Source: Candidatus Obscuribacteraceae bacterium
GTDB taxonomy: Bacteria > Cyanobacteriota > Vampirovibrionia > Obscuribacterales > Obscuribacteraceae
NCBI GenBank assembly: GCA_044229845.1
Contig: JBGASG010000003.1
Location: 454,518-518,517, forward strand
Reading direction: 5' to 3'
DNA length: 64,000 nt
Part shown: piece by piece, positions 1-10,142 of the stretch
How the letters are laid out: every line of letters starts with the position of its first letter
Numbering within the stretch: the stretch's first letter is position 1
Notes under the pieces: model-generated
What the model was told of the DNA's origin: nothing
The model's database searches: none
What the model saw: the letters and a program-made list of their open reading frames with translations, nothing else
Translations under genes and position numbers: made by a program

Positions 1-823
1 TTTTCGGGGCGGCGGTCTCCGTTGCTTCGTTGACCACCTCGATGGTCTGCGACTTGCGCAGAGCTGAAAGTGTGTTAAAAAATCGACTCTGGCTCAGATG
101 CACCCTCTGGCGCAATCCTTTTAGACTCATCGTCTTATTCTTGGCGGTGCGCAAAACCGAGATCACCTGCTGCTCGTCTTCGCCGGCAGGCGCCTGGTCC
201 AATTGTTCGCAGTCGCCGATCAATCGGGCCACGCGTCGGGCTCGTTGCCCGACATCGCCAGGAATGGCGGCCGCCACAACCTGTGTGATACTGCAGCAAT
301 AGTAGTCAGCTATCCAGTAAAGAAACTCGATGTAGTCTCGATCAAAGAGCGGTTCGCTCTCCACGACGTCCTTAACATCGCGAATGCGAATGGCTGGCTG
401 TTCGGATCTGACAGGCGGTTGACTAGGTGGCGAAACAGTTTCGTCCACAGACTCTTCTCTTTCAGCACCTTCCCGACCGCCGACATCAAGGCAAAGTTGC
501 AAGTGCTGCGCCTGCCCATTCAACTGCCGCGTCTTGCTATTGCGTGCATGTGATTTGCCACCGCTTCCGGTGTCAGGGGTGTCGGCCGCAGCAATTGCCG
601 AAGCGGAGGGGGTCGGACGCTCCTCCGAAGTCTTCAACTCTTCGCGCAAGGAGACAACAAACGCAGGCACCAGATCCTGATGCCCAAAGGGAACAAGCAC
701 CTGCGAACCGATAAACACTTCATTCTGCATTTCCGGCGGCACCCGATAGGTGAAAAGGCGGTCGCTGACCTCCCGATTGGGGATGTCCACGGCAACCTCG
801 GCAAACACACCGGTTGTCTGCAC
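1..823 (-). CDS. priA: primosomal protein N' (PriA), 5' part; runs off window start
   Basis: Not in ORF track; translated by hand from GTG at 823 (GGAG RBS upstream): VFAEVAVDIP...RLFTYRVP...GSQVLVPFG...DVVESEPLFDRDYIEFLYWIADYYCCSITQVVAAAIP, the PriA 3'-DNA-binding domain; frame open to position 1. Confidence 0.9.
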   Translation of the reverse strand, partial: MQTTGVFAEVAVDIPNREVSDRLFTYRVPPEMQNEVFIGSQVLVPFGHQDLVPAFVVSLREELKTSEERPTPSASAIAAADTPDTGSGGKSHARNSKTRQLNGQAQHLQLCLDVGGREGAEREESVDETVSPPSQPPVRSEQPAIRIRDVKDVVESEPLFDRDYIEFLYWIADYYCCSITQVVAAAIPGDVGQRARRVARLIGDCEQLDQAPAGEDEQQVISVLRTAKNKTMSLKGLRQRVHLSQSRFFNTLSALRKSQTIEVVNEATETAAPK

Positions 824-1101
824 GCAATAAAGTCTCCGCAAGCGCTGACGTGGTGCTAGACCAGATGATCCCAGATTTGATGGTTGGATCGCCATAATCA
901 TACCTCTCGGGTGACAGAAACCCGCACGAGCAGCAATGTATAGCCAATCGATATACGGCGCGACGAGTATGAAAGTGTTTCTCTCGTGCAGGCGCTCAGC
1001 GCAAGAGCGGGTTGGGGTTAAAGATGTATACGCTCCAACTCCGCAAAAAGTTCAATTTGTCTCGTCACGGCGACTGGTGCCGAACGCGCGTCAAAACACC
1101 C

Positions 1102-1125
1102 CGCGAGAAACCGACGTTTTTCGCG
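1102..1125. repeat. 24-bp palindrome copy
   Basis: CGCGAGAAAC-CGAC-GTTTTTCGCG, downstream of HNH gene. Confidence 0.85.
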
Positions 1126-1193
1126 CGTTCAGCGACAGCGGCGCAACCTGCATGCCGCAGCTGCCCCCGCTCCACAGAATATCTCAAGAAATC

Positions 1194-1688
1194 TCAGGCG
1201 CCGATCAAATATTTCGACCAGAATCCATGTCCATGCAGGGAGTGTTTCGAAATCTCGAACGAAACATGGCTTTGCGGGCGCCGCGGCGTGCACATAAGAG
1301 GCATCGCGGCTTCCTTGGGAGTACGGTCGCCTTTCTTCACGTTGCACTTCAAGCAGGCCGCGACCACGTTATCCCAGGCATCCCCACCGCCCCGGGAGCG
1401 GGGAATGATGTGGTCGATAGTCAGGTCGTGACGACGTTCGCCGCAATACTGGCACGTGTAATTATCCCGGTGCAGAACGTTGCGCCGGGATAGACTGATT
1501 TCTTTATAGGGGATTTTGACGTAGCTTCGGAGTCGGATGACTGTCGGTAGAGGGAAGTCCGCGTAAATCACTTTGCCGTTGTGCTCAATCTGTTCAGCCT
1601 TGCCTTTCATGATTAGAACAACCGCTCGACGCCAGCTGCATATGTTCAACGGTTCATATGAAGCGTTTAGAACTAAGACTTTAGACAA
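1194..1688 (-). CDS. stand-alone HNH endonuclease (McrA-like)
   Basis: VLVLNASYEPL N-terminus, RDNYTCQYCG, TIDHIIPRSRGG, NVVAACLKCNVKK; TTG start at 1688 after GAGG. Confidence 0.9.
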   Translation of the reverse strand: MSKVLVLNASYEPLNICSWRRAVVLIMKGKAEQIEHNGKVIYADFPLPTVIRLRSYVKIPYKEISLSRRNVLHRDNYTCQYCGERRHDLTIDHIIPRSRGGGDAWDNVVAACLKCNVKKGDRTPKEAAMPLMCTPRRPQSHVSFEISKHSLHGHGFWSKYLIGA

Positions 1689-1878
1689 TGTTTCCTCGCA
1701 GTATGTGCAAAGTGTTGGTTCTATCTCGGTCTGACGCTCGGCAATGGCCTGGTTGATATCGATTCGCGATACAACTTCTAACGTCATGAAGACTTGGTTT
1801 TAAGCAAATCTTCACGTTGTAACATTATAACGATCAAAGTCGGAATTTGTCTATAAATCGCGCTGGGACGGGTTTTTG

Positions 1879-1887
1879 TGCTACAAT
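1879..1887 (+). promoter_or_regulatory. putative extended -10 promoter of rpsB operon
   Basis: TGcTACAAT about 175 nt upstream of rpsB start. Confidence 0.45.
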
Positions 1888-2063
1888 GTCCGACCTGTCC
1901 CAAGACAGATTTGGGTTTTACGAAGTCCCAAAATGCCCATCGGGCGGCGTTGCAGAGAGTTGCAAACGCAGCCGGGCAGAACGTGTTTCGTTAGTTATTA
2001 CCCCGAGTTATTACCTTGATTAGTTCACCGTCGCGCATCAACACACAGGAGAGAGGAGAAACC

Positions 2064-2876
2064 TTGTCAGTAGCAACGATGAGACAACTGTTGGAGGCGG
2101 GAGTCCATTTCGGGCACCAGACACGCCGTTGGAACCCGAAAATGCGTCCATACATCTACGGTGAACGGAACGGCATTTACATCATTGACCTCGAACAAAC
2201 CCAGCGAGCGCTGGACAAAGCCTGCGATTACATGCGAAAAGCAGCCGAAAATCGCAAAAACATAGTTTTCGTCGGCACCAAGAAGCAGGCTGCCGAAATC
2301 GTTCAGGAAGAAGCAGTCCGCGCTGGAGTGCACTTCGTGAATCGTCGTTGGCTGGGCGGCATGCTCACCAACTTTGAAACCATCAAATGGCGCATGAACC
2401 GCTTGAAAGAGCTGGAGTCGATGCGCGATACCGGTGAGTTTTTCCGCCGTCCCAAGAAAGAAGTCGCCGTCCTCAACCGTGAGATGGCAAAGCTTGAGAA
2501 GTCCCTCGGCGGCATCAAGACCATGAAGGGCAAGCCTGACGTTCTGTTCATCATCGATCAAAAGCGTGAGTTGATCGCAGTCCAGGAAGCCAAGAAAGTC
2601 GGCATCGAAGTCGTCGGCATCATCGACACCAACTGCGATCCCGATGCTATCGATTACGTCATCCCCGGCAACGATGATTCGATTCGTTCAATCAAATTGA
2701 TTACGTCGAGCATCGCCAACGCCATTCTGGAAGGCAAGCAAGGTCAATCCAACGCTCCTGCCGAAGAACCGGAAGCCAAAGAAGAGCGCGAACGGCAGCT
2801 AGCCGCAGTGGCCAGTGCCGCTGGCGACGAATCCTCTGAAGGCGGCAGCGGCGAGTCGGAAGGCGAAAACGCTTAG
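2064..2876 (+). CDS. rpsB: 30S ribosomal protein S2
   Basis: [39 protein letters not shown] start after GAGGAG. Confidence 0.98.
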   Translation: MSVATMRQLLEAGVHFGHQTRRWNPKMRPYIYGERNGIYIIDLEQTQRALDKACDYMRKAAENRKNIVFVGTKKQAAEIVQEEAVRAGVHFVNRRWLGGMLTNFETIKWRMNRLKELESMRDTGEFFRRPKKEVAVLNREMAKLEKSLGGIKTMKGKPDVLFIIDQKRELIAVQEAKKVGIEVVGIIDTNCDPDAIDYVIPGNDDSIRSIKLITSSIANAILEGKQGQSNAPAEEPEAKEERERQLAAVASAAGDESSEGGSGESEGENA

Positions 2877-3074
2877 TTAAGGGATGCCGGCTGAAAGATG
2901 GCGCAGGTCATCTTATCCACCTCCTGAAATGCAGCAATTCAAAATGTAAGTGCTGGATTCAGGCGGAAAGCCTGCCCAGCGACGATTGGGCATGTTCCGA
3001 CGACTGTCGAGAACGACCGGACCAGAAATCGAACACCTGATAGAACGTGTCTGTGTAAACACAAGGAGTGCAAA

Positions 3075-3980
3075 ATGCCAGATATATCGGCAACCATGGT
3101 CAAAGACCTGAGAGAGAAGTCTGGAGCAGCCATGATGGACTGCAAGAAGGCCCTCGTGGAAGCTGACGGCAACTTCGACAAAGCCTTCGAACTGCTTCGC
3201 CAGAAGGGCATCGCCAGCGCTGCCAAGAAGCAATCACGCGCCACCTCCGAAGGCCTGGTGGTCGGCGAAGTGAGCGCTGACGGCAAGCGCGGCGCACTGG
3301 TCGAAATCAACTGCGAAACCGACTTCGTGGCACGGAACGAAGAATTCCAAGAACTGGCAAAAACTCTTGCTAAGACCGCGTTGGAATCCAAGGCGACCTC
3401 AGTGGAAGAGCTTGGCAAGGCTAAGCACGGCGGTGGAACAATCGCCGACCTGATCACTGAGAAAGTCGGCAAGATTGGCGAAAACATCGTTCTGCGTCGC
3501 ATCGCTCAGGTCGCTATCGACGGAGCCGGCACGGTCGGACTCTATGTCCATGCCCTGGGCGGCAAGATGGGCGCCATGGTCGGACTCCAGGCTGAAAAAG
3601 ACGGCAACAAAGAAGAACTGCAATCGATGGGACGCGATGTCGCCATGCATGTAGTTTCTGCCAAGCCTCAGTTCATCTCACGCGATGAAGTTCCAGCTGA
3701 TATCGTCGAGAACGAGCGCCGCATCGAACTCGGCAAGGAAGACCTTGCTAAGAAGCCGGCCGAAATTCGCGAAAAAATCGTGCAGGGACGCGTCGACAAA
3801 ATCATGTCCGAACGTTGCTTGCTCGATCAGCCGTTCGTCAAGGATCCCAACCAGACTGTCGGACAGCTCCTCAAGAGCAAGGCTGCCGAGTACGGCGCCC
3901 TGAAGCCGACCGGCTACGCGTTGTTTATCCTGGGCGAAAGCGAAGCCGCACCGTCCGCCGAAGGCAACGGACATCACTAG
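3075..3980 (+). CDS. tsf: elongation factor Ts
   Basis: VKDLREKSGAAMMDCKKAL, EINCETDFVA. Confidence 0.98.
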   Translation: MPDISATMVKDLREKSGAAMMDCKKALVEADGNFDKAFELLRQKGIASAAKKQSRATSEGLVVGEVSADGKRGALVEINCETDFVARNEEFQELAKTLAKTALESKATSVEELGKAKHGGGTIADLITEKVGKIGENIVLRRIAQVAIDGAGTVGLYVHALGGKMGAMVGLQAEKDGNKEELQSMGRDVAMHVVSAKPQFISRDEVPADIVENERRIELGKEDLAKKPAEIREKIVQGRVDKIMSERCLLDQPFVKDPNQTVGQLLKSKAAEYGALKPTGYALFILGESEAAPSAEGNGHH

Positions 3981-4023
3981 ACAGCTGAGCGGCGTTGGTC
4001 GCCAAACAGCACTAGACCTCTTA

Positions 4024-4051
4024 GAAAGGGCGTTCTCAGGAGCGCCCTTTC
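4024..4051 (+). terminator. hairpin, likely intrinsic terminator after tsf
   Basis: GAAAGGGCG...CGCCCTTTC inverted repeat followed by T-rich tract. Confidence 0.6.
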
Positions 4052-4204
4052 AGTTATTTCGTTGCTTTTCGCGCATCTGAAGCGCGCTGTAAATGTGCGG
4101 CTCGCCATAACCCTGTATGATCGTCGCCGGTCTGACAAATGGCAATTTAGGGAATGCGGACTGCCGCCTTCCATGAGGCTCGAAACCAGGAATCACGTTC
4201 TAAA

Positions 4205-4966
4205 ATGCAAAGCAAATCTACAGTCACCAATCCCGAGAAACCATCCGTGGGCGGCAGAAAGTATCAGCGCATCCTGCTTAAACTGAGCGGCGAAGCGTTA
4301 ATGGATCCGGCGAAAGGTTTTGGTATTTCTGACAAAACCATCCATCGCATAGCCGATGAGGTAGCAGCAGCGCACCGTCATGGCACCCAGATCGCGATAG
4401 TCGTAGGCGCAGGCAATATATTTCGCGGCACGCAAGGCAAGAATTTCGGCATGGACAAAGCCGCGGCAGACTACGTGGGCATGCTAGCCACGATTATCAA
4501 CTGCCTGATTCTTTCCGAAGTGCTCCAGTCGAAAGGCGTCGAAACCCGCGTGCAGACAGCAATCGCCATGCCCGCAGTCGCCGAGTCTTTTATTAGATTG
4601 CGCGCCATTCGCCACCTCCAAAAGGGGCGTGTCGTCATCTTTGGTGGCGGAACCGGTAACCCGCACGTCACCACGGATACGGCTGCCGCGCTGCGCGCTG
4701 CAGAGATCAAAGCGGATGCCGTGCTCATGGCTAAACACGGTACGGACGGCGTCTACACCGACGACCCGAACCGCAATCCGCAAGCCCAAAAGATAGAGAA
4801 GATTTCCTTCGAAGACGTCATTCGTCAGGGTCTAAAAGTGATGGACCCGGCGGCGGTATCTTTGTGTCAGCAAAACAACATTCCACTTGTGGTGTTCAAT
4901 TTTGCTGATGAAGGTTCAGTCGAGAAGATCATTCTCGGGGAAGCCATTGGAACAATAATTGAGTGA
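4205..4966 (+). CDS. pyrH: UMP kinase
   Basis: RILLKLSGEAL, GAGNIFRG, TTDTAAALRA. Confidence 0.97.
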   Translation: MQSKSTVTNPEKPSVGGRKYQRILLKLSGEALMDPAKGFGISDKTIHRIADEVAAAHRHGTQIAIVVGAGNIFRGTQGKNFGMDKAAADYVGMLATIINCLILSEVLQSKGVETRVQTAIAMPAVAESFIRLRAIRHLQKGRVVIFGGGTGNPHVTTDTAAALRAAEIKADAVLMAKHGTDGVYTDDPNRNPQAQKIEKISFEDVIRQGLKVMDPAAVSLCQQNNIPLVVFNFADEGSVEKIILGEAIGTIIE

Positions 4967-4993
4967 CATAGAAGCAAGACCTGGAGGGGATGT

Positions 4994-5554
4994 ATGTCTA
5001 CCACTACGCAAGCGCTGACCGACGCCGAAGACCGCATGAAGAAGGCGCTGGCCAATCTGCAGAAGGAGTTTCAAACGGTGCGCACGGGGCGTGCCAACCC
5101 GGCTTTGTTGGACCGCATCGAGGTCGAGTATTACGGAACTCCAACGCCATTGAAGAGTTTGGCCAACATCTCAACTCCCGATGGACGCTCACTGGTTATT
5201 CAGCCTTACGACAAGGGCGCGCTCAAAGAAATCGAACAAGCTATCCATAAGTCTGGTCTGGGGCTGACACCAAACAATGATGGAACCGTGGTGCGCATCA
5301 ACATTCCCGCTCTCACCGAAGACCGACGCAAAGAACTGACCAAGGTGGTCAAAAAGTACGCAGAAGAAGCTCGCGTTGCCATCCGAAACATTCGCCGCGA
5401 CGCAGCCGACCACATCAAGAAACAGAAGGACAATCAAGTCTCCGAAGACGAAATAAAACGTCAGGAAGATTCCCTTCAAAAAATGACGGACAAGTACATC
5501 AAAGAAGTGGACAAGATGACCTCGGAAAAAGAAACCGAGATCATGGAGGTATAA
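4994..5554 (+). CDS. frr: ribosome recycling factor
   Basis: [31 protein letters not shown]. Confidence 0.98.
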   Translation: MSTTTQALTDAEDRMKKALANLQKEFQTVRTGRANPALLDRIEVEYYGTPTPLKSLANISTPDGRSLVIQPYDKGALKEIEQAIHKSGLGLTPNNDGTVVRINIPALTEDRRKELTKVVKKYAEEARVAIRNIRRDAADHIKKQKDNQVSEDEIKRQEDSLQKMTDKYIKEVDKMTSEKETEIMEV

Positions 5555-5559
5555 CACCC

Positions 5560-7503
5560 ATGTGCGGAATCGTTGGTTACCTGGGCCCGTTCCAGGCTGC
5601 TCCCATATTGCTTTCGGAGCTCCGGTGCCTTGAGTATCGCGGCTATGACTCGGCCGGATTGGCAGTCATCGAGAACGGGCGCCTCAACGTCGTGAAAGCA
5701 GTCGGCAAGCTCTCCAATCTGGAAACGCTGCTCGACGAAAAGCCACCAACTGCCACCATCGGCATCGGGCACACGCGCTGGGCCACTCACGGCGTTCCCA
5801 ACGATGAAAACGCTCACCCGCACACAGACTGCACCAGCAAACTGGCCGTGGTCCACAACGGCATCATCGAGAATTACGAAGAGCTCCGCGACGAACTGAT
5901 CAAAGCCGGACACAAGTTCGTCTCTCAGACCGACACCGAAACGATCGCTCACCTCATCGAAGAAGAGCTGAAGAAACAGAAAGACCTGCTGAAAGCAATT
6001 CAACAGACGGTCAATAAATTGAAAGGTGCGTACGCCCTGGGCATCGTCAGCCAGGATCATCCCGATCGCATTTATGCCGTCAACCACCACTATTCGCTGG
6101 CCGTCGGGCTGGGAGATCGCGAAAGCTATCTGGCATCCGACAGCGTGGCGGTCTGCCAGTACACGACCCGCCTGTTGCGTCTGGAAGAAAGCGAAATCGC
6201 CGAGATGACTCTGGGCAAGTGTCGCCTCTTCGACTTCACCGGCAAAGAAGTGAATCGTAATCCAGTCACCGTCGACCAGATGCCCTATGTGATCGACAAG
6301 AAGGGGCACAAGCACTTTCTGCTCAAAGAGATTCACGAGCAGCCGCTGGTCTTGAGGCAGACGCTCAGCAAGTATCTCTCAGACCCGCGAAAACCAATCA
6401 ATTTTTCTGCCACCAGCAGCCATTTCGTGAGCAACGCCAATGAAGGCAAGAATCACGGATCCGGTGGCAAAAAAGACAGCGGCAACGGTAACGGTAACGG
6501 CAACGGCAACGGCTACGGCGTGCACCTGACAGACGCCGACATCGCCAAGATTGAGCGCATCAAAGTGGTGGCATGCGGAACGGCGTACCATGCCGGTCTG
6601 GTCGGCAAGCACGTGATCGAACAATTGTGCGGCATTCCGGTCGACGTTGAAATAGCTTCCGAGTGCCGCGGTCGCCGCATGCTGGTAGACGAGAACACAC
6701 TCGCCATCGCCGTCAGCCAGTCAGGCGAAACAGCCGACACACTGGCCGCCATCACAGAGGCGAAAAACGGCGGATCTTTCACACTCGGGATTACCAACCG
6801 CCCCGATTCGCATCTCGCCTTGATCACTCCTAACCTGATTGTCACCGAATGCGGTATCGAAGTTTCAGTGGCGGCAACCAAAACATTCACCGCGCAATGC
6901 GTTTGTTTCTACCTGCTGGCAATTTACCTTGCCGAGAAGAAAAATCTGCTCGGCGCCGCTGAAATTCTCCAGCTTAAAACCCACCTCAGCAAAGCTCCGG
7001 CACTGATCGAGCAGACCCTGGCACGCCAGGCGGACTATCAGCAAAAATCGCTGAGTTATGCGGAAGCACACGACGTCATGTTCATGGGTCGCGGAGTCAA
7101 CTATCCAATAGCCATGGAAGGCGCACTGAAGCTGAAAGAACTCAGCTATATTCACGCCTCCGGATACGCCGCTGGCGAATTGAAACACGGTCCGATCGCT
7201 GTGCTGGACTCGAAGGTTCCGGTTGTGACGATTTGTGTCCCCGGCACCGTCTACGAGAAGGTGATTTCCAACTCCCAGGAAGCAAAAGCCCGCAAAGCGC
7301 AAATGATTGCAGTGGCAGTCGATGGCGATGAGCAGGCCGCAAAGACATTCGACACCATCTTCTCCATCCCACCTGTCGAGGAAATGTTCAGCCCGCTTGT
7401 CGCAGTGGTGCCGCTGCAGTTGATGTCTTATTTCATCGCCGACTATCTCGGCAAAGATGTCGACCAGCCGCGCAACCTGGCTAAATCAGTCACCGTCGAG
7501 TAA
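5560..7503 (+). CDS. glmS: glutamine--fructose-6-phosphate aminotransferase
   Basis: MCGIVG, EYRGYDSAG, GHTRWATHG, SQSGETADT, PRNLAKSVTVE. Confidence 0.98.
   Translation: MCGIVGYLGPFQAAPILLSELRCLEYRGYDSAGLAVIENGRLNVVKAVGKLSNLETLLDEKPPTATIGIGHTRWATHGVPNDENAHPHTDCTSKLAVVHNGIIENYEELRDELIKAGHKFVSQTDTETIAHLIEEELKKQKDLLKAIQQTVNKLKGAYALGIVSQDHPDRIYAVNHHYSLAVGLGDRESYLASDSVAVCQYTTRLLRLEESEIAEMTLGKCRLFDFTGKEVNRNPVTVDQMPYVIDKKGHKHFLLKEIHEQPLVLRQTLSKYLSDPRKPINFSATSSHFVSNANEGKNHGSGGKKDSGNGNGNGNGNGYGVHLTDADIAKIERIKVVACGTAYHAGLVGKHVIEQLCGIPVDVEIASECRGRRMLVDENTLAIAVSQSGETADTLAAITEAKNGGSFTLGITNRPDSHLALITPNLIVTECGIEVSVAATKTFTAQCVCFYLLAIYLAEKKNLLGAAEILQLKTHLSKAPALIEQTLARQADYQQKSLSYAEAHDVMFMGRGVNYPIAMEGALKLKELSYIHASGYAAGELKHGPIAVLDSKVPVVTICVPGTVYEKVISNSQEAKARKAQMIAVAVDGDEQAAKTFDTIFSIPPVEEMFSPLVAVVPLQLMSYFIADYLGKDVDQPRNLAKSVTVE
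6481..6513 (+). repeat. GGYAAC tandem repeat encoding (GN)n inside glmS
   Basis: ggcaacggtaacggtaacggcaacggcaacggc. Confidence 0.9.
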
Positions 7504-7527
7504 CGCGAAGTACCGACGTTTTTCGCG
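7504..7527. repeat. 24-bp palindrome copy
   Basis: CGCGAAGTAC-CGAC-GTTTTTCGCG, fills the 27-bp gap between glmS and TPR stops. Confidence 0.9.
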
Positions 7528-7530
7528 TGT

Positions 7531-8739
7531 TTACTTCAGCCTGTGAACGGCCATCTCTAGGTTGTTTCGGGCTTCGATAAAACGCGGATTCAGTCTGAGA
7601 GCAATGCGAAACTCGTTCACCGCTGACTGGATGTCGCCGCGCCCATACAGGGCGAAACCAAGATCGTTGTGGGCGTGCGCATTCAGCGGATCTATGGACA
7701 CGGCTTGTTTAAACTCGTCCACCGCGGCTTCGGTATCACCATTGGTGAGCAAACACCGCCCCATCGCCACGTGGCTGTCGGGAGAGTTGGGATTGAGCAA
7801 CATAGCCTGTCTAGCGATGCGCAAAGAAGCTTGTTTATCGCCTGATTTTAGCAGCGCATTGGTCAACGAGACCTGGGCACGCGAAGATCCGGAATCGAGT
7901 GATACGGCCTGCCTGGCGGCTTTCAATGCCCCCTGAACGTCCTGCGACGACAGCAGAACCTCGGACAACCCCGAGAGGGCATCCGCCGAAGGTTTGATGG
8001 AAACGGATCGGCGAAACTCGTTGATGCTGTCCGAAACGTTTCCTCCGTGAAAAAGCGATTCAGCCAGCAGCATGTGCACTTCTGCGATATTTGGTGCAAT
8101 TTCCACGGCGCGACGATATTGTCCGAGGGCTTCGTTGTGGTCACCCATCCACTCGAGGACTTTCGCCAGCTGAGCGTGGGCAAGCGCGTCAGCAGGATTG
8201 ATGTTGATGGCTGCCATCAAATCGGTGGCTGCACCTTGTGGGTCTCCGAGAAGAAACAGATAGGTGCCCAGCTTGAAGCGCAAATGAGGATTTTTTGGAT
8301 TGTCGGTGACGCTGCGGCGAAGTGAGATTACGGTATCACCCACGGTTCTGAGGTCGTACGACTTGCGGTCGAGCAACAGCAGATCCAGTTCTTCCTGTGA
8401 AACTTGCGATTCGGGAGAATGGGCAGCACCGTGAGCAGCACCGTGAACACCGGCCGGCGGCGGCGTACCACCGTGCGCGGCACCTCCCGCGCCACTCGCA
8501 GCAGAAGCCCCTGAACCGTGCGCGGCAGGCCCGGCAGTAGTGCCAGCAAGGCTGCCGCCACTGGCTGGAGTGGTTGGCGCCGATACCTTTGCAACAGACT
8601 TATTGGCAGCCTCAACAGTGCCGGCATGGGCCGGGACGCCATGCAGTGCGATAGACAGAACGGACAGACTGCCGCCGGCAATCATGAACGAGAAGTAAAT
8701 TGCTGAAACTATATTTCTGGCTGACCGAAGAGATGGCAT
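7531..8739 (-). CDS. exported TPR-repeat protein
   Basis: Hydrophobic N-terminus, Ala/Gly-rich linker, multiple TPR units; start moved to 8739 to avoid overlap with hemW. Confidence 0.85.
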   Translation of the reverse strand: MPSLRSARNIVSAIYFSFMIAGGSLSVLSIALHGVPAHAGTVEAANKSVAKVSAPTTPASGGSLAGTTAGPAAHGSGASAASGAGGAAHGGTPPPAGVHGAAHGAAHSPESQVSQEELDLLLLDRKSYDLRTVGDTVISLRRSVTDNPKNPHLRFKLGTYLFLLGDPQGAATDLMAAININPADALAHAQLAKVLEWMGDHNEALGQYRRAVEIAPNIAEVHMLLAESLFHGGNVSDSINEFRRSVSIKPSADALSGLSEVLLSSQDVQGALKAARQAVSLDSGSSRAQVSLTNALLKSGDKQASLRIARQAMLLNPNSPDSHVAMGRCLLTNGDTEAAVDEFKQAVSIDPLNAHAHNDLGFALYGRGDIQSAVNEFRIALRLNPRFIEARNNLEMAVHRLK

Positions 8740-8787
8740 GTACCGACCGCGTTTTTGGTATCTTTTCTTCTGTAGCCGGGAGGAATA

Positions 8788-9912
8788 ATGGCGCTTACCG
8801 CCTACATACATATACCATTTTGCTCGCACAAGTGTGACTTTTGCGACTTCGCGGCATTCGCCGGTGTCGACGACATGGAGCGGGACTACTGCGATGTGGT
8901 TGTATCTGAAATCCGCGCGCGCACGCAAGAATATCAGCATCCCGCCGGCGGCATGCGCTCGCTGTTCTACGGCGGCGGCACCCCGGGCTACGTCAGTCCC
9001 GATAACCTCGCTCTCATTCACGAAACTCTCAACGAGACCGTCGGCGTGGCCAGTGACGCGGAAGTTTCACTGGAAACCACCCCCCATTCCATAACCCTGG
9101 AAAAGGCAAAGAGCTGGCTTTCCATGGGAATCAACCGCCTCTCGATCGGGCTAGAGTCCCTGAATGATGATGAATTGCGGGCGATCGGGCGCGATCACAC
9201 GGTTGCCCAGGCGTTGCAAGGCGTCGACACGGCAAGGGAAGCAGGTTTCGTCAATATAGCTCTCGATCTCATGTACGGTCTGCCCACGCAGACGCTGGTC
9301 AGCTGGGAGAAAACGCTAGATCGGGCGATTGGGTTGGGAGCGCCGCACCTGTCGGCCTATGGATTAACGCTGGCAGGAAACTCACCACTTCTCACGAAAT
9401 TCCCTCGCGATTGCGCTGACTATCCGGATGAAGACTTGTTCGGCTCCATGTATGGGTTGCTCGTCTCCAAGTGCGAAGCGGCAGGACTGCTGCAATACGA
9501 GATATCCAACTTCAGCAAGGTCGGCTACGAATCCCGCCACAACCTCACCTACTGGGCAAACAGCGAGTACTTCGGTTTCGGCGTCAGCGCCCACCGTTAC
9601 CTCGGAGGCGTCCGCAGTTCCAACTTCCGGGGACTGAAACGGTACATGCGAGACTTTCTGTCGGACGAAACTTGTGAGGTTATCGACGAACGAACTCGCG
9701 CCAAAGAAGCGCTTTTCCTCGGTCTGCGGCTGCGAACCGGCATCAACCTCGACCAATTCAGAACCATGTATGGCTTCGACGTGCGCGCCGTGCGCAGCGA
9801 CAAAATTCAGGCGCTCACAGAAGGCGGATTTTTGGAGGTCTCAGACGGCTACCTGCGGCTCAGTCAGCGTGGTGTTCTGGTCAGCAACCTGGTGATGTCG
9901 GAGCTGGTGTAG
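8788..9912 (+). CDS. hemW: radical SAM heme chaperone HemW
   Basis: YIHIPFCSHKCDFCDF, GGGTP, YEISNF, HNLTYW. Confidence 0.92.
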   Translation: MALTAYIHIPFCSHKCDFCDFAAFAGVDDMERDYCDVVVSEIRARTQEYQHPAGGMRSLFYGGGTPGYVSPDNLALIHETLNETVGVASDAEVSLETTPHSITLEKAKSWLSMGINRLSIGLESLNDDELRAIGRDHTVAQALQGVDTAREAGFVNIALDLMYGLPTQTLVSWEKTLDRAIGLGAPHLSAYGLTLAGNSPLLTKFPRDCADYPDEDLFGSMYGLLVSKCEAAGLLQYEISNFSKVGYESRHNLTYWANSEYFGFGVSAHRYLGGVRSSNFRGLKRYMRDFLSDETCEVIDERTRAKEALFLGLRLRTGINLDQFRTMYGFDVRAVRSDKIQALTEGGFLEVSDGYLRLSQRGVLVSNLVMSELV

Positions 9913-10142
9913 CCGCCGGCGGTCCGATAAACGGCTGAACCGCCGCAGGCAGTTACCGGGTGGGCTTGCGGCTCGGTCCGAGCTGACCGGAGTAGTTTAG
10001 GAATGCCCATTTTGGGGCACGTTGGGTGGGTACGAGGCGTCTTGGTCAACCCTGTCTTCACAGGGTGTGTCGCGGGGCACAATAAACACAGGCAACCAAA
10101 CGGCAAGATTATCCCGCTGCGAATCCAATCTGATCTGACGAC

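Noticed and set aside
824..1100. Possible 6S-like RNA upstream of priA (CCCGCACGAG...CTCGTGCAGG stem)
   Set aside because: There is only one convincing stem, and I could not support a long rod with a central bubble by eye; an Rfam scan would be needed.
1194..1688. HNH gene as a mobile element or mobiliser of the palindrome
   Set aside because: It looks like the widespread stand-alone chromosomal HNH family; there is no intron, terminal repeat or bilateral flanking by the motif.
5554..5560. glmS ribozyme
   Set aside because: Only 5 nt separate frr and glmS.
8740..9021. N-terminal extension of the TPR ORF overlapping hemW
   Set aside because: It is antisense to conserved hemW motifs; the signal-peptide-bearing start at 8739 is more plausible.
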